Shown here: in pieces, positions 39,401 through 50,615 of the stretch
Layout of the letters: each line of letters starts with the position of its first letter
Numbering within the stretch: position 1 is the stretch's first letter
Assembly: GCA_963806855.1 (NCBI GenBank)
Contig: CAWDYW010000002.1
Coordinates: forward strand, 145,294 to 209,293
Reading direction: 5' to 3'
Source of the DNA: an uncultured Verrucomicrobiae bacterium
GTDB lineage: Bacteria > Chlamydiota > Chlamydiia > Chlamydiales > Rhabdochlamydiaceae
DNA: 64,000 nucleotides
The notes under the pieces: model-generated
The model's database searches: none
What the model was told of the DNA's origin: nothing
What the model saw: only the letters and a program-made list of their open reading frames with translations
Made by a program: the position numbers and the translations under genes

Positions 39401-42109
39401 GCCTAGTCGATGATCCAGTCGGCTGTTTTGACCAGATCCATGTTGTGCTCGATCACGAGAACCGTATTGCCTCTGTCGACGAGCTTTTGCAGCACATCGA
39501 TCAGTTTGGGATGTCGTGGAAATGGAGCCCGGTCGTCGGCTCATCGAGGATGTAGAGGGTTTTGCCGGTTGAGGGCCGGAGAGTTCTTTGGCGAGCTTGA
39601 TCCGCTGCGCTTCGCCGCCAGAAAGGGTAGGGGAGGGTTGACCGAGTTTGATATAGCCGAGGCCGACTTCATGCAGCGTCTCGAGTTTTCTTTGATGTGC
39701 GGGAATCGGCTCAAAAAATTCGAGCGCGTCGGCGACGGTCATCTCCAAGACGTCGTAGATGTTTTTGCCCTTGTAGAGGACGGAGAGGGTTTCTTGGTCG
39801 AAGCGCTTGCCCTTTGCAGTGCTCGCAGGTCGACCCACTCGTCTTCCATGAAGTCCATGTCGATCTTGATCATCCCCATGCCGCCGCAATGGGGGCAGGA
39901 GCCCTCTTTGACGTTGAAGCTGAAGCGGCCCGGCTTGATACCCTTGAGCTTCACTTTCGGGCAGCTTGGCGAAGAGATCGCGGATCTCATCGAAGAGTTT
40001 GATGTAGGTGGCGGGATTGGAGCGGGGAGTGCGGCCGATCGGCGATTGGTCGATGGCGATCACTTTGTCGATCTCTTCGATTCCTTTGATCGCTTTATGT
40101 TTGCCGACGCTCAACGAGGCATTGTGGAGGGCGATTGGAGAGGCAGGATAGAGGATATCGGTGATGAGCGACGATTTTCCCGATCCCGAGACGCCGGTGA
40201 CGGCGACAAGCATCTCGAGCGGGATTTCGACCGATACATTTTTTAAGTTGTGGTGCGTGCTCCTACGATTTCCAGGCTCTTTTTCGGATCTTGACGCCGT
40301 TTTTTGGGGATGGCGATCGTTCTTCTTGCCGGTCAAGATAGGCGCCGGTGAGCGATTCTGGGACTTTGCAGAAGATCGTTGAGAGTCGCCTGAGACGATG
40401 ATTTCGCCGCCCAACTTGCCGGCGAGCGGCCCCACATCGACGATGTGATCGGCAGCGAGGATCGTCTCTTCATCGTGCTCGACGACGATCACCGTGTTGC
40501 CACTATCGCAGAGGGCTCTGAGCGAGTCGAGCAGTTGGTATTGTCGCGCGGATGGAGCCCAATCGACGGCTCATCGAGGACATAGGTCGCGCCGACAAGG
40601 CCTGAGCCGATCTGCGAAGCGAGACGCACCCGCTGCGCTTCTCCGCCTGAAAGCGTGGGGGCGGTCCGGTCGAGCGTCAAATAGTGCAGGCCGACATCGA
40701 AGAGGAAATTGAGCCTTCGCGGATCTCTTTGATCAGCTCTCGGCGATGATCGAGCTCCTCTTCCGTTAGACGAGTGTCTCGAAAAAATGCGAGCGCTTCT
40801 TCGATGGACAGAGCGGTGATCTCGATGAATCGTCTGTCCTCTGAACTGCGTCGCAGCAGGATAGGGCTTGATCCTGCGCGCCATGGCATCGGGGCAGACC
40901 GACTCTTCCATCAGCTCTTCCATATTTTGCCGGTAGACATCGCTCTTCGCTTCTTGGATACCGTCTGTTTGGCCTCGTGCAAGACCCCTCGCCACTGCAC
41001 ATACTCGGTCCAGCTCTGATTCTTGGTCGGATGGACGAAATCGCATCTGCATCCATTTTTCTCCGTCCCATAGAGAAAGATCTTGTTTGGCCTTCTCTGA
41101 GAGCTTTTTCCAGGGAGTGTTGACACTGAAATTGTAGATCCTGGCCAGATTGTTGTAGATATTTCCAAAGCGGACCGTTTGATAAGAACTTGCGACGATG
41201 CAGCAGTCTTCCGCGATGCTCTTTTCTGGATCAATGATCTTTTCGAGATCAAATTCTTGGATCGTCCCGAGGCCCTGGCAAGTCGGACACATCCCGCTAG
41301 GGTGATTGAAGGAGAAGTCATACGGCTCCAGCGGACCGTAGGAGAGTCCCGATTTGGGGGAATAGGCATGCTGCGAAAAGAGCTTCTCTTCATCCCGTGT
41401 CGGGATTCGAACGTCATGCAGCCCTTGCCCGCATCAAGCGCCTGGGAGACCGCTTCGTCAAGCCGCGTCTGTTCTCTCGCGCACCACCATCCGGTCGATG
41501 ACGATATCGACATCGTGCGCGACCTTCCCATCGACCGCAATCTCTTCGCTCAAATCGATGATCTTCCCATCGAGCCGAACGCGGGTATAGCCTTTGCGCA
41601 CAAGTTCTGCGAAATCGTCTTTAAATTCGCCTTTTTTCCTTTTGGCAAAAGGGGCCAGGACGATGAGTTTCGATTTTCCGGCAGTTGCTGGATCTGACGC
41701 AGAGATCTGCTCTGTGCTTTGAGGCGTCACCACTTCGCCGCTGACAGGGCAATGGGGGATGCCGACGCGTGCAAAGAGCACCCGCAGAAGTCGTAGATGC
41801 CGGTCATCGTGCCGACAGTCGAGCGGGGATTGCGCCCAGCCGTCTTTTGTTCGATGGCAATCGTCGGCGAGATGCCCTGATCAATTCTGCATCGGGCTTG
41901 GGCAAATCGCCCAGATGGCGTCTGGCATACGTCGAAAGCGACTCGATATAGCGCCGCTGCCCTTCGACATAGATCGTGTCAAAGGCAAGAGACGACTTTC
42001 CCGACCCCGAAACTCCCGTAAAGACGATCAGCTGGTTCGGGTCGAGAGTCAAATCGACGTCCTTGAGGTTATGGACTCCAACCTTCTTTAATACAATCTT
42101 TTGAGTCAT
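36475..42109 (-). CDS. uvrA: Excinuclease ABC subunit A, chlamydial double-length type; many frameshifts in the 5' half
   Basis: Three intact GVSGSGKS Walker A motifs and four LSGGE signatures across frame-shifted fragments. Confidence 0.92.
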
Positions 42110-42161
42110 AGGTTACTATAATACCCCGCGAAAGAGTTGAGAACAAGGCCTTAGGTGGCAT

Positions 42162-43627
42162 ATGATGACGAATATGAGAACACGTACAAAAATTATTTGC
42201 ACCATCGGCCCCTCTGTTAGCTCTTACGAGAAAATCCTCGAGCTGATCGATGCTGGGATGAATGTGGCCAGGCTCAATTTTCAGCCATGGCACCCACGAA
42301 GAGCATCAGAAGATCATTCAGAACCTCAAACGAGGCCCGCGCAGAGAAAAAAGTCCCCCTCGCCATCATGCTCGACACCAAAGGGCCCGAAATCCGGATC
42401 GGCAAATCAAGCAGCGAGCTCCTCACGTCCAGACAGGAAGAGATGGCTCCTCGTACAAAGAGGAACTGACCGAAGCGAGACACATCCCCGTCTACCCCGC
42501 AATCGCCCTCAAACGCCCTCGATAAATGGCCCGGACGTCATCGTCCTCTTCGACGACGGCTATATCGCCTCCCGAAGTGCATCGAAAATGAGCCGCAACG
42601 GAGTCGTCGTCCAAATTCGTCAACGGCGGACAGATCAAGAGCTCGAAAAGGGGTCAATATCCCCAATGTCGACCTCAAGCTGCCTGCCATGACCGAGCAA
42701 GATGTCGAAGATATCCGATTTGGCTGCGAGACACGATGTCGATCTCATCGCAGCCTCCTTCATCCGCTCAGCCGAACATGTCTGCAAATCAGAGAGCTAC
42801 TTGAGATCAAGGAAAAAGCCGATATCCTGATCATCGCCAAAATCGAAACCATGGATTGGCGTGCAAAATTTCGAAAGCATCGTCCAAGTAGGCCGACGGG
42901 ATCATGGTCGCCCGCGGCGATCTCGGGGTCGAACTCCCGATCGAACCGTACCCGTCCTGCAAAAAATGATGATCCGCAAATGCTATCTAGCAGGCAAGCC
43001 CGTCGTGACCGCGACCCAAATGCTCGAATCGATGATCAAAACCCCCGTCCGACCCGTGCCGAAGCCTCCGATGTCGCCAATGCGATTTACGATAGCACCT
43101 CAGCCGTCATGCTCTCCGGGGAGACCGCCGTCGGGAAATACCCCATCGAAACCGTCAAAGTGATGCGCTCCATCGTCGAGTCGGCCGAGTCAGATTTTCC
43201 CTACCGTGATTTTTTCCACCACGAATCGCGCATCGACTGCCAAGACATCTCAACAGCCATCTCCCTTGCGACAGTCCGCACCGCCTACAGCCTCGATGCC
43301 AAAGCGATCTTCGCCTTCACCTCCAGTGGAGTCACCGCCCGCCTCATCTCTCGCTACCGGCCCGAAATGCCGATCATCGCCCTGACCGACAACGTCAAAA
43401 CCTACCACCAGCTCGCCTTCAATTGGGGCGTCATCCCCGTCGACCCCACCCCCACCAAGAACGCCCGCGAGGCCCTCGCCATCACCAGCGCCTTTGCCCA
43501 CAAACGAAACCTCATCCAACATGGCGACCATGTCATCGTGACTACCGGCACCCCGTTCGGCATCAAAGGGACAACCAATAGCATGTTTGTCGAGTGTATA
43601 GATGGAAAGGCCGAAGGCAATGATTAA
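42162..43627 (+). CDS. pyk: Pyruvate kinase; many frameshifts in the 5' two thirds
   Basis: [30 protein letters not shown] and MLSGETAVG motifs in shifting frames. Confidence 0.92.
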
Positions 43628-43634
43628 CAGGCAT

Positions 43635-43670
43635 AAAAAAACATCTTCCCCGAGTGAGGAAGATGTTTTT
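43635..43670. terminator. Bidirectional intrinsic terminator
   Basis: aaaaacatcttcc/ggaagatgttttt hairpin. Confidence 0.75.
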
Positions 43671-43699
43671 GTGAGATCTTGATCCGAGAATATTATACT

Positions 43700-44632
43700 T
43701 TACTTTTTTACTATTTGCTGCAATTGGATTACAAATCTATCGAGGTGCTGGTAGTTGTAATTTACTTTCATCAAATTGTTCAATTTTTCTGCATCTCTTA
43801 GAAATAATATTTTATCTTTTTTATCGAATTTTCCATTTATAACCTCGATAATTTTCGGGATCAGAGAATTGGCGGCAGCGATAGCCGGTTCTCTAGATTT
43901 ATCCAACAACATTGACTTAACTTTCATTAACCGACCTTTTAGACCTGGATCCGTAATAAAATCAAGGCTCTGAAGTTCTCTAATTACAGTAAGCGCATGG
44001 CTAATATCCTTCAAAGATAGTGTATCAGCATTTGCAATTAAAAACTCTAAAACCTTTTCAGCATCTTTTACAATAATTTCTGCATTAGCTTTGTTCAGAT
44101 CAGCTTCGATTCTAATGATTTGTTGCTTCAATGGTTTGCTTTTAATTTCAATGTTAAGTTTTTTAAGCTCCTTTAGCATCTGAAACCCTTTGCCTGTCTC
44201 TTCAAGAGACATCTCTCCCTTTTGAATAATCGCTTTTACATCTTTTAATACTTGATGAGCTCTAGCTCTTTCTGGAGAACCTAGATTTGGCTGACTATTT
44301 TCATCACTCACAGCAGGGGCTCGTTGAGCAACTGGCTGAGCTCTATTAGCCTGTTGGCGATCGCGCGGCATTGCTGCTGGAGCTCGATCTCCGACTACAA
44401 ACGTATTTACTTTTGAAGCACTAGGAGCAGGCGTCTTGGAAACTCCCTTGCCACTTAAATCTTCCATTGTAGCTGATTGCCCCAAACTTGAAAAAAAGCG
44501 GGCAAGAGCTGCGAATAAAGAAAATAATCCGCTTAAAAATGAAAACCGTCCTTTACTCTCACTCGCTGGTGCAGTATGAGGAGAATGGGTACTATTTACG
44601 GTTCTACTAGTATCAACTTTTACACCGAACAT
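43700..44632 (-). CDS. Hypothetical effector-like helical protein
   Basis: AAGGAG RBS before ATG at 44632; S/T/P-rich N-terminus. Confidence 0.75.
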   Translation of the reverse strand: MFGVKVDTSRTVNSTHSPHTAPASESKGRFSFLSGLFSLFAALARFFSSLGQSATMEDLSGKGVSKTPAPSASKVNTFVVGDRAPAAMPRDRQQANRAQPVAQRAPAVSDENSQPNLGSPERARAHQVLKDVKAIIQKGEMSLEETGKGFQMLKELKKLNIEIKSKPLKQQIIRIEADLNKANAEIIVKDAEKVLEFLIANADTLSLKDISHALTVIRELQSLDFITDPGLKGRLMKVKSMLLDKSREPAIAAANSLIPKIIEVINGKFDKKDKILFLRDAEKLNNLMKVNYNYQHLDRFVIQLQQIVKK

Positions 44633-44663
44633 TTTACACTCCTTTTTTTTATTCCTTAACATA

Positions 44664-44692
44664 ATATTAACACAAACATAACTAATAGTCAA
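44664..44692 (-). promoter_or_regulatory. Sigma70-type promoter, duplicated at about 45269-45297
   Basis: TTGACT-N17-TAATAT. Confidence 0.6.
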
Positions 44693-44821
44693 GTTTTTTT
44701 ATGTTTTGTTAGTTTTAATTAAAGAAATAATATAAATTATATTTTATAGACTTATGATAGTAAGGCTGAGAACGTTGTGATTTTCCTGTCATTCGACAGA
44801 AGCCCTTAATAACCAAATAAC

Positions 44822-44869
44822 TATACCCCGCCCGGCCCAAAAGTGTGAATTTGGGCGGGACGGGGTATA
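44822..44869. mobile_element. Minimal 48-bp derivative of MITE family 1
   Basis: tataccccg...gcccaaaagtgtgaatttgggc...cggggtata. Confidence 0.7.
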
Positions 44870-44934
44870 ATTCATTGATAAGCATGTGCATCCATCGAGT
44901 TAAGCCGCGGGCAGGGGTGAGTCCAGAAGAGTAT

Positions 44935-45237
44935 TTATGGGATGTTAGCCCAACCTGTGGGGTGGAGATTAAAACCCTGATTGTGGATGGCTACGGTCAC
45001 TTCCGGATTTTTTTTGGGAATCTTACTAAAGATCGATGTGATTAATTCCACACAAAAAATCCATTTGGCGAATTCTGAAATTGCCGTAATAAGGCTATCG
45101 AAAGTAGGGCTGTTTGCGCCGGATGTCCTATTGCTCCAAGTGCGACCATCACTATTAACACTCTTACCAAAATCAGCAACAAAAGGTAATGTAGAACTTG
45201 AATTTGGCGTGTGAAGAAGGCTGCTCATTTTAGTCAT
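44935..45237 (-). CDS. Short hypothetical protein, possibly a truncated effector gene
   Basis: AAAGGAG RBS; upstream region shared with 43700-44632. Confidence 0.5.
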   Translation of the reverse strand: MTKMSSLLHTPNSSSTLPFVADFGKSVNSDGRTWSNRTSGANSPTFDSLITAISEFAKWIFCVELITSIFSKIPKKNPEVTVAIHNQGFNLHPTGWANIP

Positions 45238-45662
45238 ATTTATTGCTCCTTTTTTATTCCTTAATACAATATTAACACGAATATAACTAATAGTCAAGTT
45301 TTTTATGTTTTTTTGGTTTTTATTAAAGAAAATAATATAAATTATATTTTATAGACTTATGTTAATAAGGCTGAGAATGTTGTGATTTTTTCCAGCCGTT
45401 CGAAATTCCCAGCAAAAGCTTGCTAAAAATATCTTGAAAAGCTCGTCCGCTGTATCTTCAAACAGAGCGCTAGTAAAAAGGGGACATTTTTTATAGACCA
45501 AGAATGGTTGAAATCTCCTGGAAAAAGAAGAGCCAAGCGAGGAATGCCAAAAGTGTGAATGCCGAAATTTATGAGAGGGGGGCGAGTAATTGGCCCCTCA
45601 ACTCATTAAAAATCTTCAGAATTGGACGTTATTATTCGGAGGATGAGTTCGTCATTTGGGCA

Positions 45663-46850
45663 TTAATATGTTGGTGCCGGTTTAATTTTGGGCATGATTA
45701 GTTCCCTAACCTTTGTTTCTAAGGATGGCAGACAGAATCCAACACTTGTTATTATTCCGTTTTCATTCATAATCTCTTTAAGGTCTTTAGCCAACTGAAG
45801 GAGTTCTTGTCCCTCTTCTAGTTTAGGATAATTTTCCTTCAAAAATTCCCGAATTTCATCAACTACGTTATTTGCTTCGTGTTGTAGTATAGTTAACAGT
45901 TTTAATTTTTGATCAGCGATCTTTTCTTTCAATGATGCGGCGAGGATCTCCAGATTAGACTCTTGAAGAGCTTCAATGGCTTTCATGCCTTCTCTAAGCT
46001 CGTCTTTATTTAGTGCAGTTTTTGGTGCGAATTCAGAAATTAGCGTTTCAGCTTTCTTTACACTTGCTTCTGCTTTAGCTTTTGATTGTGTTTCTGCTTT
46101 TTTTACTAATCCTGCCATTGTGTCGATAATGTTTTTTATTGCGCGGATCTTCTTTAATAATAGAGCAGGTTGGGTTATTCCTGCTTCAAGTGTAAGTAGC
46201 TTAAGTTTAGCATTAATCTCCTCGAGATTTTTAATAATTCCGCGACCCTCAGTAATGAAATTTGAGATTGCTAATGGTTCTTTTTTTGAATATTGGTTTA
46301 TGGACTCTGAGGCGCTTGCCAATGTTGCTGCTTTGCCTAATAATGCTAGTATTTCTTGCACTTTCGTTGCATCAGGAGCTGGTTGCGGGGCATCTGTCAA
46401 TTTAGCAGGAGTCGCCAAGTCCAAGGATGCCAAGTTATCCAACCCTAGGGATTCTGACGAAGGAATTTGCCGCTGTGATTTGTTCTGAGTCTCTAAGTCT
46501 CCAGCCGACGTTCGTTCTGCCAGTTCTCTGAAATTAAGGGGTGTTGGTTCAAGAATTTTTTGGGCCTCTTGTGAAGGTCCTGACTTAAGCTCAGATAGAG
46601 ACTGCTCTTGCTCACCAGCGGGGGCAGCTTCGGTCTGCACTGTGACTCTTTCCTTTAAGCCCTTGGGTTCTGAATCTGAAAATAGGGCACAGAGGCACTC
46701 CCATAGAAAAGTAATAAATTGAAGGATCGGTTCTAAGTCGACGTCAAACGTCAGAATGCTCCATGATCGCCCTTTGGCAGTGCTTGTTGCATTGCTAGGT
46801 TGAGCCAAATTTTGAGCTGTTGAAGCTAGAACTTGATCTATCAATAACAT
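45663..46850 (-). CDS. Hypothetical effector-like helical protein
   Basis: 395-aa ORF; C-terminal helices resemble 43700-44632. Confidence 0.75.
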   Translation of the reverse strand: MLLIDQVLASTAQNLAQPSNATSTAKGRSWSILTFDVDLEPILQFITFLWECLCALFSDSEPKGLKERVTVQTEAAPAGEQEQSLSELKSGPSQEAQKILEPTPLNFRELAERTSAGDLETQNKSQRQIPSSESLGLDNLASLDLATPAKLTDAPQPAPDATKVQEILALLGKAATLASASESINQYSKKEPLAISNFITEGRGIIKNLEEINAKLKLLTLEAGITQPALLLKKIRAIKNIIDTMAGLVKKAETQSKAKAEASVKKAETLISEFAPKTALNKDELREGMKAIEALQESNLEILAASLKEKIADQKLKLLTILQHEANNVVDEIREFLKENYPKLEEGQELLQLAKDLKEIMNENGIITSVGFCLPSLETKVRELIMPKIKPAPTY

Positions 46851-46982
46851 TTTTTTAGCCTATTAGTTTAATTTTATATCTTAATTTTATAATAAAAATA
46901 TTAAATTGTCAATATTATTGCTATTATATAAAGACCAATAGGTATTAATTTAAGCGATTGATCATAAGGCAGTTCTGAAAAT

Positions 46983-47423
46983 CTATTCGTCTGAAGTATC
47001 GTCAGGAGGGGACTCTAGCTTTGAATGAGTAGAAAAAGCTGTTTCTTGGATAGCTAATTTAACTTCCATGATTCTTTTGAATGTCCCATTGAATTTCTCA
47101 AGTTGTCCACGAAAATAGGGTATTTCAAGAAACTTCCGTTCTTTTGCCTCAGCACAAATGCTTTCATATTCTCCTGGTTTAATTAAGTCAGGATGGCCAA
47201 TGAGGATACTCATTCTCCCCACTAAGGCGTAGTCTGTTCTGTCATCTTCAGGTAAATCAGCTGTTGGAAGAGGTTGCACAGCAACTAATGCTTGAGCTTG
47301 CTCTTGGCCTGCTTTAACTCCGATCATTTGCTGAACGGAATCGAATGCTCCATCTTTAATTGTTGTTGCGGCCTCACCAACAAAAGAAGCTGCTTGGCCA
47401 AAGGCTCTTGTAATATTATTCAT
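46983..47423 (-). CDS. Hypothetical protein
   Basis: 146-aa ORF overlapping the upstream stop codon. Confidence 0.65.
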   Translation of the reverse strand: MNNITRAFGQAASFVGEAATTIKDGAFDSVQQMIGVKAGQEQAQALVAVQPLPTADLPEDDRTDYALVGRMSILIGHPDLIKPGEYESICAEAKERKFLEIPYFRGQLEKFNGTFKRIMEVKLAIQETAFSTHSKLESPPDDTSDE

Positions 47424-47940
47424 TTTGTTCCTCTATTGTTTTTTTAAATGATTTTAATCTGGCTTCAAGTGCTTGGATTTGCCCGGCGGTTTTCGGGGAG
47501 TTGATCTCTTCATTTCCGATTTGAAGGTCTATGAGAAGATCCCAAGCTCTTTTGTATTCTCCAGGATGAAGAGTGTGATTTTTAAGGAGTTGAGAAAGTT
47601 CGCTTTTCTGTCGTTCGATTCCATGTTCGGTTTTTAGTCCCTCTTCTTGCTCTGGTGACCTGGAGATTCGGATGGGCTTGGTTTTCGTGAATTTGCGCAC
47701 AGGAGGCTCTTCATCTAATTGAAATTGGGTATCGTATGTTCCTGGAGCTTTCCATATCTCTTGTCCAGGAGTTCCAAAGAATTGCAAATAGGGATGTGCG
47801 GGTCTCTGTGGTGAGACTGGAAGGGCTTTCATTTGATCATCGTCCAAAATTGACCAAATGCGGCCAAAGGCATAGCCCGCAATCTTTTCAAGGTGGGATA
47901 CTCCAGGGATGCATCTAATTATGCTTAATATTGAGTTCAT
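47416..47940 (-). CDS. Hypothetical protein
   Basis: 174-aa ORF. Confidence 0.65.
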   Translation of the reverse strand: MNSILSIIRCIPGVSHLEKIAGYAFGRIWSILDDDQMKALPVSPQRPAHPYLQFFGTPGQEIWKAPGTYDTQFQLDEEPPVRKFTKTKPIRISRSPEQEEGLKTEHGIERQKSELSQLLKNHTLHPGEYKRAWDLLIDLQIGNEEINSPKTAGQIQALEARLKSFKKTIEEQNE

Positions 47941-48012
47941 TTAAATCCTATTATTAATGTAATGTCAATAATACAATTAATTTAAATTAATGTCAATTAA
48001 ATAATTTAGATT

Positions 48013-48924
48013 CTAAAAATGCTTAGCTTGTTGGATTTCAGCTACATCTGTAATTGAATGGGCAGCTTTTTGAAGGGTGAACTCGGTTTTGATGGGACGA
48101 TGATCTGATGCCATCGAGGGGAGCTTGTCGACATCCAAACCAAAGTTTAAGAGAGCTGTTGTGGGCCCTGCTTGGAAGAGTGGGTTTTCCTTAGGTGCTC
48201 GAGAAAAAATGAAATCGAGCTCTCTTTCTCGATAGCTGCCCTTAGGGAAGACTTCTGTCGTCTCACCAGAGCGGTGTGTTTGAAATCCTGCACTTTCTAG
48301 CTTTTGAAAGCGGTGGTCCCATTGCTCTTTGAGGCTCCGATTTTGGTTCAATTTTTCAGGATTCGCATTCATATCGGCGCCGAAGATCTGAACTTGTACA
48401 TTGTGCCTTTGGGATAGCTCGTTGATTGTATTGATCACCCCTTGAATATACCGGTCTCCCACCTCAGAATCTTGTGGTTCAAACCGTTCTTTATCTAATG
48501 AAAATCCAGGAACATGGGCAGTGGCAAACATCACTCTTTGATCGGTCTCTTTATCGGTCGCGATGACGATAGGGGTGTCGTTACCTTCGATGACTGTTGA
48601 GCAATTGAGAACATCCTGAAATCGACTTTGATTGAGGAGAATTGCGCAATCGTTAATCTGTCGAGTTGTGTTGAGGACTTGGTATCCCTCGCTTCTAAGG
48701 GCCTCCACAAGAGGTCTCTGTTTTCTATAGACTTCTTGGAGCATAATCACATCTGCCTGGCCGCGGCTTGCTAGATCCTTAAAGAATGCTGCCGTTTTCT
48801 TTTGAGAAGCCTGGTACCCCTGTTCTGTTGTTGGGATGTTATTATGCTGGCAAAGCCAGTGGTAATCGACTTGGCTGCCGCCCATATTGTAAGTGAGAAC
48901 ATTTAGATTAGCGTAATTATTCAT
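48013..48924 (-). CDS. EEP family protein, paralog of 34428-35372
   Basis: Same catalytic motifs; long identical peptides such as FGADMNANPEKL and PKGSYRERELDFIFSR. Confidence 0.88.
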   Translation of the reverse strand: MNNYANLNVLTYNMGGSQVDYHWLCQHNNIPTTEQGYQASQKKTAAFFKDLASRGQADVIMLQEVYRKQRPLVEALRSEGYQVLNTTRQINDCAILLNQSRFQDVLNCSTVIEGNDTPIVIATDKETDQRVMFATAHVPGFSLDKERFEPQDSEVGDRYIQGVINTINELSQRHNVQVQIFGADMNANPEKLNQNRSLKEQWDHRFQKLESAGFQTHRSGETTEVFPKGSYRERELDFIFSRAPKENPLFQAGPTTALLNFGLDVDKLPSMASDHRPIKTEFTLQKAAHSITDVAEIQQAKHF

Positions 48925-48965
48925 TAAAATTATTATACCAAATCACTAATTCTTATTAAACATTA

Positions 48966-49087
48966 AATTTATTTTAAAATGCTGCTGCTAATGACAAGGC
49001 GCATAGGGCAGCTGTCTCGGCGCGGAGAATGTGGGGGTTGAGTTTGATCCCTCTCGCTCTCTGCTTTAACCACTGTTCTTCTTTTGA
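48966..49087 (-). repeat. 122-bp direct repeat of the rsmE 3' end (50608-50729)
   Basis: 87 bp identical, remainder with mostly synonymous changes. Confidence 0.92.
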
Positions 49088-49260
49088 AAATTCAGAGTGT
49101 ATTGCCAACCTAAATTTTTGTGTTAGGCGATAGATTGCCGATTAAGTCCTTTATTCTCAGATCCTTGGTTTAACTATGAACTTTTTTACTTCCGAGTACT
49201 TCAGAGTAAATTGCCAGCCTCGAGTTGACATTCAAGTGATCGTTTGCTACCATTCTTTTT

Positions 49261-50606
49261 ATGATAGAAAATCTCTTGGCTCAGAGTGAGAGCAAAACAA
49301 TAGAATTCAAAGAATCGACCAGATCCTTAGATGGGATTATTAAAACTGTGATTGCATTTGCCAATACAGCCGGCGGCACACTTGTCATAGGAGTGAAAGA
49401 TGGTTCTAAAGAAATCGTCGGACTCAGCAATATTTTGCAAGAAGAAGAACGTATATCGAACTCTCTTGCCGACAATGTTGTTCCTCTTCTGCTTCCTGAT
49501 ATCGAAATTCAGACTATTCGTGACAAAGAACTTCTTATTATAAATATACCCCATAGTGTTGGCCCGTATTATTTAAAATCAGCAGGTTCTGAAAGAGGCG
49601 TCTTTGTCCGATTTGGATCAACAAATCGCGTTGCTGATTCCGAAACACTTGCTACTCTTCGCTTGATGGCTAAAAATATCTGCTTTGATGAGCTCCCTCT
49701 TCCTAATGAAAAACTCGACATTGTTTCCATTAAAAAGACTTTTGGAGCTGTAAATAAACGTCCCACAGAAAATACTTTCGAACAATTGGGTATAACCACA
49801 CGACGCACAGGCAAGACTTGTCCTACGAACGGGGGCATCCTACTCTTTGGGGAAAATCGGCTTGGATGTTTCCCTGATACGCTTATTCGATGTGCCCGCT
49901 TTGCAGGAACTAATAAAGCTTATATCATAGACCAACTCGTATCGACGCATCACTGCCTGCCTCCATTGATATGATTATTGCATTTATCGAACGCAATATT
50001 CGTAAAAGTGCAAAAATTGGAAGGATGCGCAGAGAAGATATCATGGAATATCCACCTGCGGCCATTAGGGAAGCCGTCATAAATGCTCTTCTCCATACGG
50101 ATTATTCCATGAAAGGCTGTCAGATAAGAATAGCGATTTTTGATGATCGGATTGAGTTCACAAATCCTGGAGCTCTCCCATACGGATTAACCATGGAGAA
50201 AGCAATTGCAGGTTCCTCGAGACTTCGAAATCGCGTGATTGGGCGTGTTTTCCGAGAACTAGAACTTATCGAGCAATGGGGCTCCGGCTTGCAAAGAATA
50301 TTGGATTCTTGTAAACGACAAGGTCTGAAAACGCCTCTAGTCGAAGAGCACAATAACCAATTCCAACTGACACTTTATTCATCGCAAGTCGAAGAAGTTA
50401 TTCTTAAATCATGGGCAAAGCTCTTGCTTAAACGTCTTGTTGATCAAGAATCCATAACCACTAGAGAGGCTGCTAAACTTTGGAAAGTTTCAACTCGCAC
50501 CGCTCGACTTCGATTAAAAGAACTGCAAGAAGACGGTTTTGTATTCCGTCTAGGCACTGCTGAAAACGATCCGAATGTATCCTACATTGCTACAAAATCA
50601 AGATAA
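49261..50606 (+). CDS. Schlafen/AlbA_2 + HATPase_c_4 (RecG C-terminal-like) + HTH protein; frameshift near 49936
   Basis: ESKTIEFKE, AFANTAGGTLVIGV, REAVINALLHTDYS, NPG, LRN and EQWGSG motifs; one missing A joins the two ORFs. Confidence 0.85.
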
Positions 50607-50615
50607 TAATTTATT

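Noticed and set aside
36475..43627. uvrA and pyk as true pseudogenes or programmed frameshifts
   Set aside because: Indels are numerous, clustered and cross a gene boundary, which fits sequencing error
44790..44910. Possible pyk tail relic
   Set aside because: Similarity is too weak to translate into a pyk-like peptide
45546..45587. Possible fifth copy of MITE family 1
   Set aside because: Only short matches (ccaaaagtgtgaat, gggcgagt) without paired ends
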